From positions 7,800-71,799 of the forward strand of contig JAYVTZ010000001.1 of assembly GCA_043788365.1 (NCBI GenBank): a DNA stretch of 64,000 nucleotides. Reading direction: 5' to 3'. Origin of the DNA: Burkholderiaceae bacterium. Its GTDB lineage: Bacteria > Patescibacteriota > Saccharimonadia > Saccharimonadales > AQU-01. Below, in pieces: positions 19,850 through 29,191 of the stretch. How positions within the stretch are numbered: position 1 is the first letter of the stretch; each line of letters starts with the position of its first letter. Below the pieces are notes generated by a model, which saw nothing but the letters and a program-made list of their open reading frames with translations, did no database searches and was not told the DNA's origin. The position numbers and the translations under genes were made by a program.

Positions 19850-20884
19850 TTATCGTATTGCGCCGGCGCTTTGCGTTACTGTCATACACAAGCCGATAAA
19901 GCTTATAACTGTGACATCGAACAGGGCATGATGCATGACATATTGCTCGCCCTTTACCAGCCAGCGTCTGAAAGCGAGACCATGTTTAATTACTATCAGT
20001 AACGCCGCCGCGACACTCAATAGAACGGTAACTGAAGTTAGCCATGGCAACGAACCTTTAGTGAATACATCAAGTCTTGAGATGTTTTGTGATGCCGGTT
20101 CAGTCGCTCCTTTAACTTCGCTTGGACTAAGTCTTGGGCCGTTACTGTCGACTCTTATTGATGCAGAGACTGGAACAGGAGTTGGTGTTACTTCGATTGC
20201 GGCAGGTGTTGGATTGGGTGTAGCTGCTGGGGTAGCTACTGGGCGTACGACAGACGCTGAAGCGACGCTACTAGCTGGAGCCGGAGCAGTCGCTACTAAA
20301 GGATTACCGTATTCCGAAGATACAATGGTCGCAGGTTCACCAGTATGGACAAAGTTTGCCGAGTTTGCGATACCAAAGCCCACATCAACAAACTGTGCAT
20401 TCAACAGGTTCTCCCGGTGCCCCATCGTGCTGTTCATCCAGCCGGTTATAGTGGCGGCACTGTCTAGATAACCGTATGCCAAGTTCTCGCCTGCAGTTTT
20501 ATATGAATAACCGGCTCGGTCGAAGAATACCCATGGCTCTAATCCGTCAGGAGTGTTGTGGGCCCAATAGTCACGTGCAACCATATCATTGGCTTTTGCT
20601 TGAGCGGCTTGATTTAGCTTCGCGTTGAGTTTGAGTGGTCCGACACCATTGGCAGCTCTTTGTTGGTTGGTTGCGGCTAGTAAGCTGTCAATCCCGACGC
20701 TAGTAGCATAGGCAAGGACACCATTTTTTGAACGAGGCTGCCAATAACTACTGAATAAAAGTCCAGTTATAACTATTAAAGTTAGTGGTACATAGGGAAG
20801 ATAAACACTCAGGAAATTCTTAGTGTGTTTTTGGTGTTTACCGTGACGTTTTTTATTTTGTGGGCTGCGGTGGCCTGAAACCAT
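19850..20884 (-). CDS. membrane-anchored CAP/SCP (PR-1-like) domain protein with Pro/Thr/Ala-rich linker
   Basis: 344 aa. Motifs YWAHNTPDG and GENLAYGY. N-terminal TM helix and C-terminal TM helices. Confidence 0.8.
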   Translation of the reverse strand: MVSGHRSPQNKKRHGKHQKHTKNFLSVYLPYVPLTLIVITGLLFSSYWQPRSKNGVLAYATSVGIDSLLAATNQQRAANGVGPLKLNAKLNQAAQAKANDMVARDYWAHNTPDGLEPWVFFDRAGYSYKTAGENLAYGYLDSAATITGWMNSTMGHRENLLNAQFVDVGFGIANSANFVHTGEPATIVSSEYGNPLVATAPAPASSVASASVVRPVATPAATPNPTPAAIEVTPTPVPVSASIRVDSNGPRLSPSEVKGATEPASQNISRLDVFTKGSLPWLTSVTVLLSVAAALLIVIKHGLAFRRWLVKGEQYVMHHALFDVTVISFIGLCMTVTQSAGAIR

Positions 20885-20936
20885 AACTATTTAAGTATAA
20901 CCATAATTATTTGCTTGGTCAAAATATATTGTCTAC

Positions 20937-21425
20937 TCATATCAATTGGTACAGCGCAATCGCCGCTGCCTGAACTACGTTTAGTGATTCTTTTTGGCCT
21001 TTCATGGTAATTTCTACGACGTCGTCACAAACGGCTAAGACTTCTGGTTCGACGCCCTCGACTTCTCGGCCAATAATCAAAACCAGTTTATCGGCAGCGT
21101 GGTAATTTTTTAAGTTTTGTGAATTAGCAGTTTGTTCTAATGCGCAGATTCTGTAGCCGTCGTCTCTCAATCTATTTATAAGCAATAGGGCGTCGGCTTC
21201 GTGATACCAATCGACTGAATTTTCAGCGCCCAAAGCAGTTTTTTCAATTTGGTGATGAAGCTTATTAGCTAGGTGTGGCAGCCTATCATCGGGTACGGTT
21301 ACAGGGTAGGGTGTATAGCCGGTCAGATAAACTTCGCTAACGCCTAATCCATCGGCTGTTCGGAGTAACGAGCCGACGTTATGGCTACTTCTGAGATTGT
21401 GGGCGATTAATATAACTTTTGGCAT
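20937..21425 (-). CDS. SpoU/TrmH-family RNA 2'-O-methyltransferase
   Basis: 162 aa. Motifs NVGSLLRTADGLG, IIGREVEGV and SLNVVQAAAIALYQL. Confidence 0.88.
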   Translation of the reverse strand: MPKVILIAHNLRSSHNVGSLLRTADGLGVSEVYLTGYTPYPVTVPDDRLPHLANKLHHQIEKTALGAENSVDWYHEADALLLINRLRDDGYRICALEQTANSQNLKNYHAADKLVLIIGREVEGVEPEVLAVCDDVVEITMKGQKESLNVVQAAAIALYQLI

Positions 21426-21436
21426 AAGTTCTGATT

Positions 21437-21598
21437 ACAGTATCTCGTATCTAGTCTCTCGTTACTAGTAGCTAGGCAATTAATGTATGTCGTATATAGT
21501 TTCTCGTATTTCGTATAATGGCAAATCAACAGTGCATAAACCAGTTAGGTGAAGCTTGTCTCTATACTAGAAACTAGTTACTAGCTACAAGATACTAA
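21437..21598. repeat. heptamer-array repeat cluster in the divergent trmH/pilB intergenic region
   Basis: Units on the reverse strand at 21437-21478 and 21489-21516. Units on the forward strand at 21564-21598 (ATACTAG AAACTAG TTACTAG CTACAAG ATACTAA). Confidence 0.8.
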
Positions 21599-21607
21599 TG
21601 TATACTT

Positions 21608-23212
21608 ATGCTTATGTCACATGATGTTAGGCAGAACGAAGAACAGTCAACTGCACGCCGTGCCGGTGTACTTGGAATAGAATACTTTGATACAAGCACG
21701 AATGAAAAAGCAATTTTCAAGCAAGTATTACCAGTATCTGACTTACTAAAGTATCGCATTATTCCACTTTTTGCAGACGATCATAATATCTTATTTGGGC
21801 TTACGACAACTACTTCGCAACAAACGATTAATGGTCTAAGGCAGCGGTTTCAAGACCAGAGAGTTAATTATGTACTTATCTCTGACTCGGGTTTTCATGA
21901 CTATATGTTGCTATATGATCCACCAAAGCAGGTTGTTTATCAGAATATTGATATCGCCAGTGCCGGCTCAGAAGATTTGATTAAAAAAGTATCTTCAATC
22001 CTAGACCAAATCAAAGCCGACGATATGTTAGCATATTTAGTTCAGCAGGCTCACAACCTTAACGCATCTGATATCCACTTTGAGAACGAGTCCAAATATA
22101 CGCGCATACGTTTTCGCATCGATGGAGTACTCCATCCAGTTGCACATTTAAATTTTGAAAAGGCTCATATTCTTGTCTCTGCTATTGCTAGCGCCGCAAA
22201 TGTGTCAACTGCGTCACTAGACGCTCAACAGGGTCACATATCCGAGATGTCAAAAATGGCCGATGGTTCTGAGGTCAGTATCAATCTTCGTGTTGAAACG
22301 GTTCCGGCCGTAAATGGCATGGACATAGTGATGCGGCTATTCAACATGGATCAAAGCTCTTACTCACTTGATAGGCTCGGTTTGTCTGTCAAAGAACGAC
22401 AAGTAGTTGAGGATATTATCAGCAAGCCAAGTGGACTAGTGATGGTAGTTGGACCGACTGGTTCCGGTAAAACGACCACGCTTTATTCAATTTTGCAGAC
22501 GCTGAACACGGAAGAAAACAAAATTATTACAATTGAGGACCCAGTTGAATATCAATTTGAAGGCGTTACTCAGATTTCTGTTAGTAATTCTAAAGAACAC
22601 CACACCACCTTTGCCGAAGAGTTACGTGCTGTGCTTAGGCTTGACCCAGATATCGTCATGGTCGGAGAAATTCGCGATACCGATACCGCCAAGACAGCCC
22701 TGCAGGCGGCCCTAACTGGACATCTAGTTCTGTCGACTTTTCACGCCAGCTCCGCGGCGGCCGCTCTCACTAGAATCATGGATGTAGTTGAAGAAAATCC
22801 GCTTTTTTTGTCGGCTATTCGTTTAATCATGGCACAACGCCTGGTTAGACGACTTGATGACGCCATAAAACAGGCCTACACGCCAGATGCTAAAACACTT
22901 GATCTAATAACTAAAGTTGTCAATGGGCTACCCCCCAGTATACCCAAGCCTAGTCTGGTAAACTTACAGCTCTTTAAGCCAGGCAAATCAATCGAAAATC
23001 CCTATGGCTATAAGGGACAATTGGCACTGCGCGAGCAGTTTTTGATGAGAGGTCAGGTATTTCAACTACTGCAGGATGCCAAACAATTAACGACAGACCA
23101 GATAGAGCAATCAGCCATTGAGAGCGGTATGACGACCATGCTGCAGGAAGGTGTGCTAAAGGCCATAAATGGCGAAACAAGTCTAGAAGAAGTTTACCGA
23201 GTAGTCGGCTAA
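21608..23212 (+). CDS. type II/IV secretion (type IV pilus assembly) ATPase, GspE/PilB family
   Basis: 534 aa. Walker A GPTGSGKTT, Asp/His boxes, N-terminal T2SSE_N-like domain. Confidence 0.9.
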   Translation: MLMSHDVRQNEEQSTARRAGVLGIEYFDTSTNEKAIFKQVLPVSDLLKYRIIPLFADDHNILFGLTTTTSQQTINGLRQRFQDQRVNYVLISDSGFHDYMLLYDPPKQVVYQNIDIASAGSEDLIKKVSSILDQIKADDMLAYLVQQAHNLNASDIHFENESKYTRIRFRIDGVLHPVAHLNFEKAHILVSAIASAANVSTASLDAQQGHISEMSKMADGSEVSINLRVETVPAVNGMDIVMRLFNMDQSSYSLDRLGLSVKERQVVEDIISKPSGLVMVVGPTGSGKTTTLYSILQTLNTEENKIITIEDPVEYQFEGVTQISVSNSKEHHTTFAEELRAVLRLDPDIVMVGEIRDTDTAKTALQAALTGHLVLSTFHASSAAAALTRIMDVVEENPLFLSAIRLIMAQRLVRRLDDAIKQAYTPDAKTLDLITKVVNGLPPSIPKPSLVNLQLFKPGKSIENPYGYKGQLALREQFLMRGQVFQLLQDAKQLTTDQIEQSAIESGMTTMLQEGVLKAINGETSLEEVYRVVG

Positions 23213-23295
23213 TTTCATTGCCAGCCACAGTTTTATTATAACAACAGATATGATATACTTGATTTAAAGAGTTAAATAAGGTAGTATAGACACTT

Positions 23296-23817
23296 ATGCA
23301 AAATCTGATTCAGGCAGTAGATGCCAAGTACAAAAAACATGCCGTCGTCGACGTTAAGTCAGGTGACACAGTTAAAGTTCATCAAAAAATTAAAGAAGGC
23401 GCCAAAGAGCGTGTTCAGATTTTTGAAGGTCTGGTTATACGTGCTTCACGCAAGGATAGCCTGACTAGTACAATTGCGGTTCGCAAGATTGCCAGTGGTG
23501 TTGGTGTTGAGAAAACCTTCCTATTACATAGCCCAAATGTTCTTAAAATTGAAGTAACCAAGCGTAGTAAAGTCCGTCGTAATTACTTAAGCTATATGCG
23601 CAAACTTACCGGTAAGAACGCCCGACTTTCTAGCGTTGATTTTGATAAACGTGGTGTTAACGATATCCATGATGCTGCCGCTGAAGCCGAAGAAGTCAAA
23701 CTACACGAAGAAGTTGAAGCCGCCGCTAAGGCTGAAGTTGAAGCTAAGGCTGCCGAAAAAGCCGCTGAAGACGCCAGGGCTGAAGCTATTATTGCTGCTC
23801 GCGAAAAAGCCGAATAG
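23296..23817 (+). CDS. rplS: 50S ribosomal protein L19 with Ala/Glu/Lys-rich C-terminal extension
   Basis: Core GDTVKVHQKIKEG...ERVQIFEGLVI. 173 aa versus a usual length of about 115. Confidence 0.93.
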   Translation: MQNLIQAVDAKYKKHAVVDVKSGDTVKVHQKIKEGAKERVQIFEGLVIRASRKDSLTSTIAVRKIASGVGVEKTFLLHSPNVLKIEVTKRSKVRRNYLSYMRKLTGKNARLSSVDFDKRGVNDIHDAAAEAEEVKLHEEVEAAAKAEVEAKAAEKAAEDARAEAIIAAREKAE

Positions 23818-23986
23818 TATCTAGTTACTAGTAGCTAGACACCGGTATAAAACACTAATATTTTACCTAACCGTCTTATACGAGCTACTAGAAACAAGCC
23901 ACTAAATGCTCTTACGTGAATAAATTATGAATTTAGCAGTCATTATACTAGCTACTAACTTCTAGATACGAGATACTAGTAACATG
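23815..23986. repeat. heptamer-array composite repeat filling the rplS-rnhB spacer
   Basis: Reverse-oriented units at 23821-23841. Forward units at 23878-23905 and 23945-23986, the last being TAACATG, which contains the rnhB start. Palindromic core at 23921-23935. Confidence 0.8.
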
Positions 23987-24586
23987 ATAGGAATCGATGA
24001 AGTCGGCAGGGGTTGTTGGGCTGGGCCGTTATTAGTAGTGGCTGCAAGGACAAGAACTGCTCCACCAGCCGGGCTCAAAGACTCAAAGCTTCTAAGCAAA
24101 ACGGCCCGACAGAAATTATTTTCACTTATTCATGATAGTTGTGATATTGGCGAGGGTTGGGTCAGTCCGGGCGAAATTGATGAATTTGGTCTGAGTGCAG
24201 CGATGCGGCTTGGTGTCGAAAGGGCATTATTTGCCATAAAACCAGTATTGCGAGAAGAGGTAATTATCGATGGTGATATCGACTATCTTGAGCAGATTTT
24301 GCAAACTGAAACGCGATTGAAAGATTTCGATTTGCAGAGCCAGGCCGTAATCAAGGCCGATAGCAAGTTTCCAATTGTCAGCGCGGCTAGTGTCCATGCC
24401 AAAGTTAGGCGTGATGATTTTATGGCACAGGTGGCTGCAAAATACCCTGGTTACGGTTTTAAAAATCACGCTGGCTATGGCACCAGTGAACACTTACTGG
24501 CTCTGAAAACTCATGGCGTTTGTATGATTCATAGGCTAAGTTACAAACCGGTCAAGCTAGTTTATGAAGCAACCACAAGTAGTTAA
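23984..24586 (+). CDS. rnhB: ribonuclease HII
   Basis: GIDEVGRGCWAGPL active-site N-terminus. Confidence 0.92.
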   Translation: MIGIDEVGRGCWAGPLLVVAARTRTAPPAGLKDSKLLSKTARQKLFSLIHDSCDIGEGWVSPGEIDEFGLSAAMRLGVERALFAIKPVLREEVIIDGDIDYLEQILQTETRLKDFDLQSQAVIKADSKFPIVSAASVHAKVRRDDFMAQVAAKYPGYGFKNHAGYGTSEHLLALKTHGVCMIHRLSYKPVKLVYEATTSS

Positions 24587-24929
24587 TAATCTTAGCCATG
24601 GACAGCTTGGTGAGCAGTCAGCGGTCAGATATTTGATTAAATTGGGCTTTAAAATACTGGCACAGAATTATCGAACGTCGATATGCGAAATTGATATAAT
24701 TGCTATTAAGCAAAAAACGATCTATTTTGTCGAGGTCAAATATCGCCAAAATAACCATCAAGGTGAAGGCGTTGACTATGTTACCAGCAAGAAATTAAAT
24801 CAGATGAAGTTTGCGGCCAGAGTTTGGCAGTCTGATAATGACTCGGCTAATCAGGGCCAAATCGCAATAATCGAAGTCTCTGGTGAAGACTACCGGGTTA
24901 CTGATTTTATAACAGACGCTTATATCTAA
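24564..24929 (+). CDS. YraN-family (UPF0102) endonuclease-like protein
   Basis: GEQSAVRYL...CEIDIIA...VEVKYR pattern. Usual rnhB neighbour. Confidence 0.8.
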   Translation: MKQPQVVNNLSHGQLGEQSAVRYLIKLGFKILAQNYRTSICEIDIIAIKQKTIYFVEVKYRQNNHQGEGVDYVTSKKLNQMKFAARVWQSDNDSANQGQIAIIEVSGEDYRVTDFITDAYI

Positions 24930-24934
24930 AACGA

Positions 24935-27553
24935 CTATTTATCTTTAAAGAAAGTCTTAACTTCTTTTAAGCTCCGTTTTTTCCAAGCCGATTGCCACTG
25001 AATCATCTCTATACCTTGTTTGTAGGTGCGTTCCAGAGTAATCGACATTCGAGGCAAGAAGAAAGCTTTGTACTCTTCTAAGAAAGCTTCGTCACTAAAA
25101 GCTCGGCCGACATAGACTGGCATCCGGTAGAAACTGAGATCACTACCAAAACTAGTCTCCAGCCAATCCCAGTGATCTTTGAGCCATTCCCAAGTTTGGC
25201 GCTTGGCGTTGTGATTCAGAAAGCTATAGGCAATCCAATAGGTAACATCCTGTAATCTAACAGAATCAGTATCAATGATGCCAAGAGCACGCTCAATAAT
25301 TTTCGGATCTTTAAAGCCTGTTAAGGCGGCCGATAATGTCACTCTTTCTTCACTCAAAGACGATTCGTTGTGCAGCCTAAGAAGTTTTTCAAAATCATCA
25401 GCATTTCCAAGACGAGCAACCGTGCCGTAGACGGTACCTCGCAAATCAGGATCAATATCGATACCACGTTTAACTTTGCGCTGTGACGGGTTGACGACGA
25501 AATCTGGCGACAGCTCCTTGTTGTGTTCGATTGAAGCAAAGAGATTGAGACAGTGCTTAACTATTGCTGGCTCGTCAGCTGAGGATGCCATGCCAAGGAT
25601 TATTGGACGAAGTAGCCTGTCAAAGTGTGATTCATTTGCCACCCTTTCCCATCCTAAACGCTTAAGTTGGGTTGCTATAAGCTTTCGTTTGTATGGTTTC
25701 ATCGATTCTCGCAACTCATCATTGTCCATTGCCATCTTAAGTGCTCCAATTGTCATACTAATGGCATCCCAGACGGCGTAGTTATCTTCATTCTTAAAGT
25801 TACTTATAAAGTGCAGCATGTCGGCTGTATCAGCATACCCAGCCTTTGCTGACTCTGATAAATCGGTTAATATGCCAAGTCGATCAATGGGGCTGAGATG
25901 GCCTTTCTTGATCTGCTCTCCAAGACGTTGTAAGTGTGAGCTGTTATATGTGGTCCTATAGAAACCACTATGGTTTACGTTTACTTTGACGTCATGGGCA
26001 TCTTTAATTTTGAATGTAGCCGAAGCTTCTTCAAGTAGGCTTGGTAATTCGGTGTGTTTGGCCTGTAGAGCAATCGGCCAAATTGATTCTTCTAGCTTGT
26101 TATGAACTGGGTTAGTAAAGAACCTTTCTTGGGCTAAGCTTACGCTGTCATTTTCGATATTAACTCTCAGAAGCGGGAAGCCAGGTCTGGTTGTCCAAGC
26201 ATCCATGAAGGCTTTGACTGGTTTTTCAGAGGCCTCCTCCATAGCATCCCACAGATCTTTGGTGTCTGTATTGCCATAAGAATGCTTTTTAAGGTAATAG
26301 CGTAGTCCTGTTTGGAAGGCATCTGCACCGACGTAGCTATGCAGCATATGAATAGTACTAGCGCCTTTGCTGTAACTGATGGCGTCGAAGATAGAGCGAA
26401 TCTCATCTGGATGGGATACTGGCACTTCAATCGGGTGGGTATTTTCTAGTGCATCAAGTTTGAGAGCCTGTTGTTGTTCGTCGATTATAAATTGTGTCCA
26501 CATCTTCCATTCGGGGAATATGTAATCGACTGCAAGATATTCAATCCAACTCGCAAAACCCTCGTTAAGCCAGAGGTCTGTCCACCAGCGCATCGTTACT
26601 AGATTGCCGAACCATTGGTGCGCAAGTTCGTGGGCAACAACCATAGCCACGTATTGTTTGGTTGCCAGACTAGTATTGTGTGGATCAACCAATAGGGCGT
26701 GCTCGCGGAAAGTTATACAACCCCAGTTTTCCATGGCACCAGACGCAAAGTCAGGCAGCGCTATCAAATCACACTTTTCTAGCGGGTAGTCGATACCAAA
26801 GTAGTCATTAAAGAACTCTAGGCATTTAACTGCAACACCTAGTGCAAATTCAGTATGCTCGACATTATCTGGAGTTGCATAAGTGCGCACAACAACGTGG
26901 TCCTTGGTTTTTCTCTCTAAATATCCGAGTTCACCATAAATGAAAGCCAATAAGTATGTCGACATATGTGGTGTAGTTTCAAAGTGTGTCTTTACTAGGT
27001 TGGTATTTTTGATGACGGTTTGTGACTTTATAGGTGTGTTGGCTATGACTGTTTCGCCGACGGGTGTCGTCAGGCTCAAGTCGAAAGTTGCTTTAGCTTC
27101 TGGATCGTCAATACACGGTATGACTTCACGGGCGTGATGACTCTCAAACTGGGTGGCAATTAACTTTTTATCTACGCCATCTTGTTTGAAAAAGCATGGA
27201 TATACTCCATTCATTTGACGCGTAATGATTCCGTTAAACTCTAGAACAATCGTGTATCGTCCGGGGTAGAGCATTTTCGAGCTGTGCAACCTGACTTCAG
27301 TGAATTTGTTGTGGTGGTTTATGCGGTCAATGCTAATTATATTATCGCCTTTTTTATCGTGGTGGACGACGTGAGCAGAGGTGATTTTCAAATCTTTCTG
27401 GTGAAAGGTTAGTCGCTGATTTGGCTTGCCAACTTTTTGCCCGCTAATTACCACACTACCACTAAATGTCATCTCGTCACGGTTGGGCACGAGGTCGATA
27501 ATATAGTGTTTTGGCACAAAGCCAGCAAACAGTCTTTTTACGTCTTTACTCAT
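24935..27553 (-). CDS. pepN: M1-family aminopeptidase N
   Basis: 872 aa. GAMENWG exopeptidase motif and HELAHQWFGNLVT-x18-E zinc site. Confidence 0.94.
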   Translation of the reverse strand: MSKDVKRLFAGFVPKHYIIDLVPNRDEMTFSGSVVISGQKVGKPNQRLTFHQKDLKITSAHVVHHDKKGDNIISIDRINHHNKFTEVRLHSSKMLYPGRYTIVLEFNGIITRQMNGVYPCFFKQDGVDKKLIATQFESHHAREVIPCIDDPEAKATFDLSLTTPVGETVIANTPIKSQTVIKNTNLVKTHFETTPHMSTYLLAFIYGELGYLERKTKDHVVVRTYATPDNVEHTEFALGVAVKCLEFFNDYFGIDYPLEKCDLIALPDFASGAMENWGCITFREHALLVDPHNTSLATKQYVAMVVAHELAHQWFGNLVTMRWWTDLWLNEGFASWIEYLAVDYIFPEWKMWTQFIIDEQQQALKLDALENTHPIEVPVSHPDEIRSIFDAISYSKGASTIHMLHSYVGADAFQTGLRYYLKKHSYGNTDTKDLWDAMEEASEKPVKAFMDAWTTRPGFPLLRVNIENDSVSLAQERFFTNPVHNKLEESIWPIALQAKHTELPSLLEEASATFKIKDAHDVKVNVNHSGFYRTTYNSSHLQRLGEQIKKGHLSPIDRLGILTDLSESAKAGYADTADMLHFISNFKNEDNYAVWDAISMTIGALKMAMDNDELRESMKPYKRKLIATQLKRLGWERVANESHFDRLLRPIILGMASSADEPAIVKHCLNLFASIEHNKELSPDFVVNPSQRKVKRGIDIDPDLRGTVYGTVARLGNADDFEKLLRLHNESSLSEERVTLSAALTGFKDPKIIERALGIIDTDSVRLQDVTYWIAYSFLNHNAKRQTWEWLKDHWDWLETSFGSDLSFYRMPVYVGRAFSDEAFLEEYKAFFLPRMSITLERTYKQGIEMIQWQSAWKKRSLKEVKTFFKDK

Positions 27554-27704
27554 TACTTATATTTTAACATGTGACTAGGATGTGAAATTGACAATTTGAC
27601 CTGGGGATAGTACACTTGTTATGTACTTTTGATTCCGGCCGGCAGGTCGGATATTTTAATTTAAAGACCCAAGTACGATCAAATAACTAAGGAAGGAATA
27701 TAAA

Positions 27705-28868
27705 ATGGAACTAGATATGAAACAACTTGCAGTTGCCGTCAAAGCAATTGCTGAAGAAAAAAATTTGCCAGAAGAGGCAGTTCAGGAAATCGTTGAACAA
27801 GCTCTGGCCGCCGCTTACCGCCGTGACTATGGCGACCGCGAACAAGAAGTCAGAGTGACTATGAATCTAAATAATGGTGACGTCGATGCTTACGTATCCA
27901 AAGAAGTTGTCGCTACAGTCGAGGATGACCGTTTCGAAATCAGCTTAGGCGACGCTCAGGTTATTCGTAAAAATGCTGCCGTTGGCGAGACTGTCGAGAT
28001 TCATGAAAAAGTGACTGACTTTGGTCGTGTTGCCGCTCAAACTGCCAAGCAGGTAATTTTGCAAAGACTACGCGAAGCCGAACGCGAAACTATTATGACC
28101 GAGTACGAAGATAAAATCGGTACTGTGATTAACGGTGTTGTTAGTCGTGTCGAAGGCAACATTGTCCGTGTCGAACTGGGCAAAGCTCAGGGTATTATGC
28201 CTAAGAGCGAACAGATTCAAAATGAACATTACTACCCTGGTCAGCGCCTAAAGGTATTTCTAAAGGACGTTGAGCGTGGTTTTCGTGGCCCACAACTTGT
28301 TGTTAGTCGTGGTAATAAAGAGTTTATTGAGTGGCTATTCAGGGCTGAAGTCCCAGAAATGGACAATGGCACAGTTGAAATTAAGGGCATTGCCCGTGAG
28401 GCTGGTGTCAGGACTAAAATCGCTGTCAGCAGCTCGACACCCGGCGTCGACCCAGTTGGCACCTTCGTTGGTGGCCATGGTATGCGTGTCAACGCCGTTA
28501 TGGGTGAAGTCGGTGAGCAGGAGAAGATAGATATTGTGGTTTGGAACGAAGAGGCGCGGGCTTACATTACTAATGCCCTCAGTCCTACAAGGGTTTCTAA
28601 GGTAACCCTCGATGAGTCCAACAAGAAGGCCACTGTCGTTGTTCCAGAAGACCAACTCAGTATTGCTATTGGCAAGAGCGGTCAAAATGTCCGTTTGGCC
28701 AGCAAGCTAGCTGGCTATGATATCGATATTGTTTCGGAAAGCGAACAACCAGTTAGTAAGACTGAAGCCTCGGAAGTAAAAGTTACTAAACCGAGTATGC
28801 CTAAGCTCAAGAAAAAGGAACAGCTTGAGAGCTCACTACTTGAAGCTATCGAAGAACATGGTGAATAA
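27705..28868 (+). CDS. nusA: transcription termination/antitermination factor NusA
   Basis: 387 aa with N-terminal, S1 and two KH domains. GGAAGGA SD. Confidence 0.94.
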   Translation: MELDMKQLAVAVKAIAEEKNLPEEAVQEIVEQALAAAYRRDYGDREQEVRVTMNLNNGDVDAYVSKEVVATVEDDRFEISLGDAQVIRKNAAVGETVEIHEKVTDFGRVAAQTAKQVILQRLREAERETIMTEYEDKIGTVINGVVSRVEGNIVRVELGKAQGIMPKSEQIQNEHYYPGQRLKVFLKDVERGFRGPQLVVSRGNKEFIEWLFRAEVPEMDNGTVEIKGIAREAGVRTKIAVSSSTPGVDPVGTFVGGHGMRVNAVMGEVGEQEKIDIVVWNEEARAYITNALSPTRVSKVTLDESNKKATVVVPEDQLSIAIGKSGQNVRLASKLAGYDIDIVSESEQPVSKTEASEVKVTKPSMPKLKKKEQLESSLLEAIEEHGE

Positions 28869-28895
28869 AATAAAGTAGACAAAAACACACATAAG

Positions 28896-28904
28896 TGCTA
28901 TAAT
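28896..28904 (+). promoter_or_regulatory. extended -10 box TGCTATAAT, 6 nt upstream of ATG 28911
   Basis: Sequence tgctataat agattc ATG. Confidence 0.5.
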
Positions 28905-28910
28905 AGATTC

Positions 28911-29156
28911 ATGCTTGTCGATGTATTATTGCCAATACCACCACGCCTAGATTCGATTTAGTCAACCACTACTGACGGTCAATTTCATGTAGGTAGAGTT
29001 TTTGATGACGTTGAAGATATCAAGCGAAAAATTGCTGTCAAGACCGACGAAATAGAACGTCCCCGTGGTGATACTCTTCAAAATCGCTACGACTTAGCCG
29101 AGATGGCCGCTAGACTAGCGGTTCAACAGAGCCTACTCAGTGAACAACTAGGTTAA
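28911..29156 (+). pseudogene. 81-codon reading frame interrupted by one in-frame TAG (codon 17); pseudogene or read-through small ORF
   Basis: ATG 28911, TAG 28959-28961, then 64 further in-frame sense codons (STTTDGQFHVGRVFDDVEDIKRKIAV...SEQLG) to TAA 29154-29156. Confidence 0.4.
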
Positions 29157-29164
29157 GTTGATAA

Positions 29165-29191
29165 CTAGCACTCTTGCACTCCGAGTGCTAA
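29165..29191. promoter_or_regulatory. CIRCE element (HrcA operator) upstream of clpC
   Basis: CTAGCACTC-N9-GAGTGCTAA versus consensus TTAGCACTC-N9-GAGTGCTAA. Confidence 0.85.
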
